Part shown: positions 58,615 to 64,000 of the stretch, one piece after another
Position numbering within the stretch: position 1 is the first letter of the stretch
How the letters are laid out: the number at the start of each line of letters is the position of its first letter
IMG/VR virus record: IMGVR_UViG_3300017768_000003
Origin: an uncultured virus (IMG/VR IMGVR_UViG_3300017768_000003)
Lineage: Duplodnaviria > Heunggongvirae > Uroviricota > Caudoviricetes
Direction: 5' to 3' (one strand)
DNA length: 64,000 nt
Made by a program: the position numbers and the translations under genes
Notes under the pieces: model-generated
Database searches by the model: none
What the model was told of the DNA's origin: nothing
Seen by the model: the letters and a program-made list of their open reading frames with translations, nothing else

Positions 58615-58952
58615 TATATTTCTCCGTTAAGAAAATCACGTTGTTTTTTTATTTGCTCATCTAAACCTTCTGTAGATTCGGTTTTCTTTGTAACAACTTT
58701 TTCTTTTCTATTCAAAGCTTTAACAGCGTTTAGTGCCGTTTGCTCTAAGTTAATTATTCTAGAATCTGTCATGCAAGGATATATTGTAAAACCTCTCCTT
58801 GACTTAGAATTTTCTTCGACTCTAATTTTATATGTAGGTGTCCCATCATCTTTATAAGTATGCTCGGTAACTTTACCTACGAGTATATCGCCAGTTAAGA
58901 ACTTGAATTTAACGACGTCTCCAATATTGTATGTGTGTTTTTTCTTAGCCAT
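58614..58952 (-). CDS. Hypothetical protein (SH3/KOW-like start)
   Basis: YNIGDVVKF...G.V. Confidence 0.65.
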   Translation of the reverse strand: MAKKKHTYNIGDVVKFKFLTGDILVGKVTEHTYKDDGTPTYKIRVEENSKSRRGFTIYPCMTDSRIINLEQTALNAVKALNRKEKVVTKKTESTEGLDEQIKKQRDFLNGEI

Positions 58953-59403
58953 TTTTAGTTATTTTTAATAATTCAGTCATTGTTTTAATAGTTTCTACGA
59001 CATAAGACCAATCCATGCCGTTTTGTCCGAAGTGCATGAATTCACCTTCAAACTCTGTTTGACCTCTATATGTAGAGTCGTCAATTAAGATATCGCCTTT
59101 AAGCAAATCTTTTCTATGAGTTAAAAACATCTTTCTCTTAAGTTGAGGTATATGTTTTTCTACCCAATTTCTTTTTTGGCCCCATGCATCAGGATTATTC
59201 CACGGTGGGGTAGTTGCAATAAACACATCATGTCCCATGTCTATCAGAGCAGCCACAGCATCGATTGCACCCGGCATAGGGGTAAAGGTACTGAAGTCCA
59301 AAATAAGGTCAGGGTGGTCGATGTGGCTAGGTAATTCTTTAGCTGCTTTATTAAAGTCTGCTAAAACGCCATCCATATCTATATAGATTCTTAGCGCCGC
59401 CAT
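58945..59403 (-). CDS. 5'(3')-deoxyribonucleotidase (HAD family)
   Basis: DMDGVLADF, PMPGA, K..WV, ILIDD. Confidence 0.9.
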   Translation of the reverse strand: MAALRIYIDMDGVLADFNKAAKELPSHIDHPDLILDFSTFTPMPGAIDAVAALIDMGHDVFIATTPPWNNPDAWGQKRNWVEKHIPQLKRKMFLTHRKDLLKGDILIDDSTYRGQTEFEGEFMHFGQNGMDWSYVVETIKTMTELLKITKNG

Positions 59404-59570
59404 TATTGTTTTATTTTTTTAGTTATTTGTTCGCATATAGAATTAAATGCCGAACCTGTATCTTGAGCATTAACGGTCTTACCAAATATAAGCTCGTTGT
59501 TTTTGTATACAGTTATTAGATTTGACGTTCCCGTCAATTTTACCTCATAATTTCCAATTGTTTTTACCAT
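59403..59570 (-). CDS. Small 55 aa protein not in ORF track
   Basis: MVKTIGNYEVKLTG...ICEQITKKIKQ; stop overlaps next ATG; promoter motif at 59598-59628. Confidence 0.65.
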   Translation of the reverse strand: MVKTIGNYEVKLTGTSNLITVYKNNELIFGKTVNAQDTGSAFNSICEQITKKIKQ

Positions 59571-59656
59571 GTTTATTTGTTATTTGTTAATATACTACTA
59601 ATATACGCAATTTTTCCGAGATATGAAAGGATTTTGCAACTTTTTTTATAAAGTTA

Positions 59657-60943
59657 TTAACAATCTCTTTCACCTTCGTATATGTGTTTAAGTACCGGGA
59701 ATCTCAATGACCATTCACCATCTTTATTTTGGCTCTCCTCGAAATATTGTACTGTAACAGTTTTTCCAAGAATTTTGCTATGGTCTTTGTAGAACTCTTT
59801 ACGTTGGTCGATACTAAATCCAGAACCAACGCCGACTTTATTACCCTTATGTAATATTACTATATTACTTAGGCAGTTGATTGTTTTTTCCTTACCGTCC
59901 TCAACTATTCTTATATCTCCATTTGTCGCACCAACAACTTTGTATTCAGCATCATGCATTTCTTTAACTTTCAATATATCTTTAGAGCGCTTACCTTTGT
60001 AGCCTGAGTTTTTTCTAATCATAATACCTTCATGACCTAAGTCTGTAGCTTCTTTGCTAAGATGGTGAAAGTATTTATCGTTAGGTATAATATCCTGGTC
60101 AAGTACTTCTATAATATTTTCATTACAACCTGCTACATGTAATGCGTTAATTGAATTTTCGTATCTTACATACAAAGGCGCTACACCTTTTTGTTCATCG
60201 AATTCCTGAAGTGTTAGCATATCGAATACAAACATTTTGAGATTATCAATGGTGTGGTTTTTACGTCTTATTTGTTTCATAATATCTTGGAAATTTTCAT
60301 TTCCATTTTCATCGACAATACAAACCTCGCCATCCAAAACAAAGTCACCTTCTATTTTACTAACCTCTTCTAGTAACACACCTAGTGTTTCAAATTCTTT
60401 GCCACTTCTAGAATGAGCTGATATCTCATCTTGTTCTTTACGTATAATACATCTTACACCGTCAAGTTTTCTAGAACCAAACCATTCTTCGTTTTCAAAG
60501 TCTGGCATACTGTTCATAGCTTCTGCCAATGCAACTTTGAATTGAGGTATAAGTCCAGGCATCCCTTTATTGATAATGCTTGCCGCTGTACGAGTTTTAA
60601 GGTCCTTGTCTAGTATATTATATATAAGCTGTTCATGTTCCTTGTTTGCAAGTACAAAAGCATTGACTGCACCAACTGCCGCGTGGCCTGTAATATTTCT
60701 ATTACTTAGGTCGTCGAGTAAATCGAATAATCCGTAAGCATCATCGCTGTCGCAGATGTGAGATAGTTTCTTACAGTTTTTAGAGCCTACACCAAATTGT
60801 ATATAAGGACTATATATTCTAACAAGAATTTCTCTTATATCATTCATTTCAGAGTATTGGTCAAGCACTTTAATTTTTTCATTAGTTCTAGTAGACTGAT
60901 TAAGGTCGTCTACCAATCTTTGTAATATGTTTAATGTATTCAT
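59657..60943 (-). CDS. lig: ATP-dependent DNA ligase
   Basis: KLDGVR, LDGE, FD, EGIM, KRSK..LK.K, VGSGFS, SLRFP. Confidence 0.95.
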   Translation of the reverse strand: MNTLNILQRLVDDLNQSTRTNEKIKVLDQYSEMNDIREILVRIYSPYIQFGVGSKNCKKLSHICDSDDAYGLFDLLDDLSNRNITGHAAVGAVNAFVLANKEHEQLIYNILDKDLKTRTAASIINKGMPGLIPQFKVALAEAMNSMPDFENEEWFGSRKLDGVRCIIRKEQDEISAHSRSGKEFETLGVLLEEVSKIEGDFVLDGEVCIVDENGNENFQDIMKQIRRKNHTIDNLKMFVFDMLTLQEFDEQKGVAPLYVRYENSINALHVAGCNENIIEVLDQDIIPNDKYFHHLSKEATDLGHEGIMIRKNSGYKGKRSKDILKVKEMHDAEYKVVGATNGDIRIVEDGKEKTINCLSNIVILHKGNKVGVGSGFSIDQRKEFYKDHSKILGKTVTVQYFEESQNKDGEWSLRFPVLKHIYEGERDC

Positions 60944-60946
60944 ATA

Positions 60947-61639
60947 TTATTTATTTGAAATTTTTACTGACCATACTTTTCGTATAATCGTTCTACCATA
61001 ACCATCGTCACCATCCTCATCTTCATAAAGGTCAACATAAGCTTCAATGTCATAAGCTAAAAGCTTGTTAACAATTTCTTCACCACCACTTTTATTATAA
61101 ACTTTTATATAAGGATGTTTTGTAACGTTGCCATCAACATCTGCATGAGATGAATATCTTAAATTGTCACCTGCAATTCTTTTTATAATATCAATAGTTG
61201 GTTCTATTCCCCAGCCCTCCATTTGTTCTGTCCAATAATTCATTTTCTCCCAATCGAATCCAACCATTCCTTGTTTAGTTCTAGGGACTAATGAATCAAA
61301 GCAGCAGTATGCATAAGTTTCATGCAGTTGCCAGTTAGACATATCTTCCAATTCTTTTCTAAACTCTTTGTCTACCATTTCTAAGGTGTAACCTGAACCA
61401 TATCCAGAATACATTACATTTTTCTGAAGTTTAGTAATATCAAAAGAAGAACAAAAAGCTGACCAGGGTGTTTCTATATTTATTTCACCCAGTTCGCTAA
61501 TTAGCTTTTCCCATTTTTCAATAATGTTTGATTTTAATTCGTTAGCAACCTTATCGTTGTGAGCATACATTTCAACTGAGTGAGGTTTAGTTACCTCGAT
61601 ACCAAAGTGAATTGGATTTTGTTTTTTAGATTTAGCCAT
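60947..61639 (-). CDS. Hypothetical protein
   Basis: Probable start MAKSKKQ at 61639, just after the upstream stop. Confidence 0.65.
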   Translation of the reverse strand: MAKSKKQNPIHFGIEVTKPHSVEMYAHNDKVANELKSNIIEKWEKLISELGEINIETPWSAFCSSFDITKLQKNVMYSGYGSGYTLEMVDKEFRKELEDMSNWQLHETYAYCCFDSLVPRTKQGMVGFDWEKMNYWTEQMEGWGIEPTIDIIKRIAGDNLRYSSHADVDGNVTKHPYIKVYNKSGGEEIVNKLLAYDIEAYVDLYEDEDGDDGYGRTIIRKVWSVKISNK

Positions 61640-61640
61640 A

Positions 61641-61889
61641 TTATTGTATATTTTCAGATTCGTTAGCCCATTCCATATCGAGCTCTTTAGAGCAAGGTAT
61701 ACTGTCACTAGAAAAAGCAGATATAAAGCACATGATAGATATAATCAAAGCGCAGATACAAAATGCCATTTCGTTAAGAGGGCCAGCAAAGTTAATGTAA
61801 TTTAAGATATCACCAGTTCCGGTAATGTAAGCGATGTACAGGGAAGCTAGACCTGAAAGAGATAAGCCGATTTTTTTCAATTTTGTCAT
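61641..61889 (-). CDS. Small two-TM protein
   Basis: 82 aa; early motif at 61916-61947. Confidence 0.65.
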   Translation of the reverse strand: MTKLKKIGLSLSGLASLYIAYITGTGDILNYINFAGPLNEMAFCICALIISIMCFISAFSSDSIPCSKELDMEWANESENIQ

Positions 61890-61992
61890 TTATTAGTTAT
61901 TTGTTATTTATAGTATAAATATACGCAAAAAAACCGAGATATAAAAACTTTTAGCGGGTTATTTTCAACAAATTTTGAAAAGTTATTAACAA

Positions 61993-62070
61993 TTATAATG
62001 TACCTAGATAGAATACTACTATCATCATAAGTACATATATTGCTGGAGTTATGTCTATTTTATTTTCCAC
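61993..62070 (-). CDS. Candidate 25 aa single-TM micropeptide
   Basis: GTG start, MENKIDITPAIYVLMMIVVFYLGTL; late motif at 62075-62082. Confidence 0.4.
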   Translation of the reverse strand: MENKIDITPAIYVLMMIVVFYLGTL

Positions 62071-62136
62071 GTATATAAATATTTTGAGTTAAACTGAAGG
62101 TTGTTAACTTAATGTTAACATAAGGTTAAATTATAG

Positions 62137-62208
62137 TACCCCGACGGAGAATCGAACTCCGGTTACCAGGATGAAAACCTGGCGTCCTAACCACTAGACG
62201 ACCGGGGC
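62137..62208 (-). tRNA. tRNA-Glu (anticodon UUC)
   Basis: Full cloverleaf: GCCCCGG acceptor, CCAGG-TTTTCAT-CCTGG anticodon arm, CGGAG-TTCGATT-CTCCG T arm; CCA not encoded. Confidence 0.95.
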
Positions 62209-62213
62209 AAGTA

Positions 62214-62310
62214 ATTAAGGAGACATTAAGCTACCGCTAGGAAACTCCAGTTCACTGGATATACTGGATGTCAATACTAGTTTAAGCTACCTATTCTCAG
62301 CCTCCTTAAT
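62214..62310 (-). ncRNA. Candidate structured ncRNA upstream of tRNA-Glu
   Basis: 11-bp terminal stem, duplicated GGTAGCTTAA, inner TCCAG-TGAA-CTGGA hairpin. Confidence 0.45.
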
Positions 62311-62649
62311 TTAATCATAAAACTCTATCCCATTACTGCCGACCCATTTCTTATGCTCGTCACTAACTTGCCACTTATATTTCGTAATAAACCAAACAGC
62401 ATCAGCCTGCCATTTGTACTTAACAAAGAAAATTTTATACTCCGCCTCCCACTTATATTTTGTCCAATAAACAACATTGGCACTCAAGCTAGACTTCTGA
62501 CTACTATAATAAATAAGATAGTTAGCTTGGTATTTATGTGGGGTGACGTATACAAGAATATCGGCCTCATGTTTATATTTAGTTTCATAACAAACCTGAG
62601 CATTACCAATAAAAGGTATAAGTAATAATAACAGTAATAATTTTTTCAT
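62311..62649 (-). CDS. Secreted repeat protein (DUF6150-like)
   Basis: Signal peptide; repeated T/V-K-Y-K-W/Y-Q/E-A-D units. Confidence 0.65.
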   Translation of the reverse strand: MKKLLLLLLLIPFIGNAQVCYETKYKHEADILVYVTPHKYQANYLIYYSSQKSSLSANVVYWTKYKWEAEYKIFFVKYKWQADAVWFITKYKWQVSDEHKKWVGSNGIEFYD

Positions 62650-62651
62650 AT

Positions 62652-62822
62652 CTATTTTTTATATATAACTTCATCTGTAATATGGTTGACGAATAGACGA
62701 ACGATAGATATAACAAGTATAAATACAGCCCAACCCATACTATCATTTGCATAACTATTAAACGCCAACACTAATAACAGTAAAGGCACCTCCAATATTC
62801 TTACAGCTCTTACCCAAGTCAT
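62652..62822 (-). CDS. Small two-TM protein not in ORF track
   Basis: 56 aa MTWVRAVRILEVPLLLLVLAF...GWAVFILVISIVRLF. Confidence 0.6.
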   Translation of the reverse strand: MTWVRAVRILEVPLLLLVLAFNSYANDSMGWAVFILVISIVRLFVNHITDEVIYKK

Positions 62823-62823
62823 A

Positions 62824-63014
62824 TTACAATTCCAAGTATTTTAATAAAAATTCTATCTTGCCGTCGATAACATCTAGTTTGTCATCTATCTGTTTCAAGC
62901 GGGCCGCCAAATCTCTCATCTCGCCCGGCGCATCGGGGGCAAATTTTTTCCCATTCGGGGCGCGGCGATTAAGCTTTTGTACAAGGATTTTTTGCTTGCG
63001 TATTTGGTTAAGCA
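62824..63014 (-). CDS. Hypothetical coiled-coil protein
   Basis: Probable start MLNQIRKQK near 63014 (start approximate); C-terminal heptads. Confidence 0.5.
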
Positions 63015-63175
63015 TTCTTTTTTCTTTTCCTTTGTCCATCGTCAAATCTCTCTAAATTTTTAAGGAACTCTTTGTGTTGAGTTCGCGAATTTATGTGTTC
63101 GGATATCTGGCTACTTACGTATAAGCCAAGTGCGAAGCCGACTCCTCCAATAGTAATAAAAATAAAAATATCCAT
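63008..63175 (-). CDS. Small single-TM protein not in ORF track
   Basis: 55 aa MDIFIFITIGGVGFALGLYVSSQI...; start overlaps the upstream stop. Confidence 0.6.
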   Translation of the reverse strand: MDIFIFITIGGVGFALGLYVSSQISEHINSRTQHKEFLKNLERFDDGQRKRKKNA

Positions 63176-63552
63176 TATTCTCCTTTATTTACGTGATAGT
63201 ACCATAGAGCTGCTAGTATAAATAGTATAAATACAGAACCTATTCCATATACTAATAGTGCTGGTGTATGTATATCTACTAGTATTGCAGGCCATCCCAT
63301 ACATACTAACCAACCTACGAATATCCATCCTGTGTTAGTTTCCATTTTCTTTTCAACTTTAACTGTCAATTCTTTTTTTAACAATCGACTTAAAGCGTCC
63401 TGCATATCTTTACCGTAAGCAGGTTGTTTGTGGATAGTACCGTCTTTCTCTCCAATGGTTATCATATACTTTGCATAGCCATCGTGTGTTTTCGAGCGTT
63501 CCAATAATTTGCAATCTATTGCTCTGCGTCTATCGTACTTCTTCACTGTCAT
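63175..63552 (-). CDS. Membrane protein, hypothetical
   Basis: PAYGKDMQDAL motif; two C-terminal TM helices. Confidence 0.7.
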   Translation of the reverse strand: MTVKKYDRRRAIDCKLLERSKTHDGYAKYMITIGEKDGTIHKQPAYGKDMQDALSRLLKKELTVKVEKKMETNTGWIFVGWLVCMGWPAILVDIHTPALLVYGIGSVFILFILAALWYYHVNKGE

Positions 63553-63695
63553 TTGTTTTTACTGGTTCCATAACATAATAAAATCCTCCGCATCCGTCGG
63601 AAATTTCTACTACTTCTAATAATTCATTCATATCTATTGTTTTTATTTATATATAATATAACAAATCTTTCTGACATAGAAAAATTTATTGTATG

Positions 63696-63920
63696 TTAAT
63701 TGTACTTCATTCCTGACATAACACCATATCCTTTACGACTGGCTAGCCTGTTAATATTGTCTGCTACCTTGCTTGGTAGCACTTGTATTGTGTTTCCTGT
63801 TTTATGATTGCTAATAGCAACACAACCATAGGCTTCGACACTACTGCAATTTATACAAGTGTTATAGCCTAAGTTTATTCTACCTTCCGGTATATTGTTT
63901 CCGCATTTACATTTAATCAT
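63696..63920 (-). CDS. DksA/TraR-type C4 zinc-finger protein
   Basis: CKCGNNIPEGR..LG...CINC. Confidence 0.6.
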   Translation of the reverse strand: MIKCKCGNNIPEGRINLGYNTCINCSSVEAYGCVAISNHKTGNTIQVLPSKVADNINRLASRKGYGVMSGMKYN

Positions 63921-64000
63921 ATCTATTGTTTTTTATATATTGCTGATGGTGTACCATCATGTTCCAAACAGTTGTTTCTAGGGACAAAAATTCAACCCCG

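Noticed and set aside
1196..63055. All plus-strand ORFs in the track (e.g. 7125-7532 Ser-rich, 9676-10068, 31085-31513)
   Set aside because: Antisense shadows of minus-strand genes; their composition mirrors Glu/Lys codons on the other strand
63944..63959. Near-palindrome TGATGGTGTACCATCA close to the window end
   Set aside because: Context is truncated, so no function can be assigned
1..64000. Stop-codon reassignment
   Set aside because: Conserved genes are intact and densely packed in the standard code; TAG and TGA terminate genes normally
1..64000. CRISPR array, diversity-generating retroelement, retron, introns or inteins
   Set aside because: No spaced repeats and no reverse transcriptase seen; the 38-bp fibre repeat has no adenine-specific differences; terminase, portal, capsid, primase and ligase look uninterrupted

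Overview
64-kb segment of a large, AT-rich, T4-like myovirus genome. The host is most likely a Bacteroidota/Flavobacteriia species, judged from promoter motifs, the tmRNA tag context and an outer-membrane protein type. Essentially all real genes are on the minus strand in the standard genetic code. In coordinate order the window carries: tail sheath start, tail-completion and neck genes, PhoH, major capsid, scaffold, ribosomal protein bS21, prohead protease, portal, large terminase, spanin-like genes, two putative virion-packaged enzymes, tail fibres, a fused Mre11-Rad50, primase, baseplate genes, an outer-membrane beta-barrel, a gp55-like sigma factor, an HD hydrolase, a lysozyme, DNA ligase, tRNA-Glu and many small early genes. 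The most striking item missing from the ORF track is a compact, circularly permuted (two-piece) tmRNA gene at about 56239-56470, with tag GAQVEMAMAA, behind a putative late promoter. With phage bS21, strong Shine-Dalgarno sites largely confined to late genes, and a possible kinase/RNA-ligase pair, it suggests a phage ribosome takeover and rescue programme. Other patterns: a late promoter motif that is the reverse complement of the T4 late box, an [S/T]-[G/A/S]-S tripeptide saturating virion proteins, a symmetric 97-nt ncRNA candidate next to the tRNA, and a direct-plus-inverted repeat bracket around the outer-membrane protein gene. All functional calls come from motif recognition by eye; no database searches were run.
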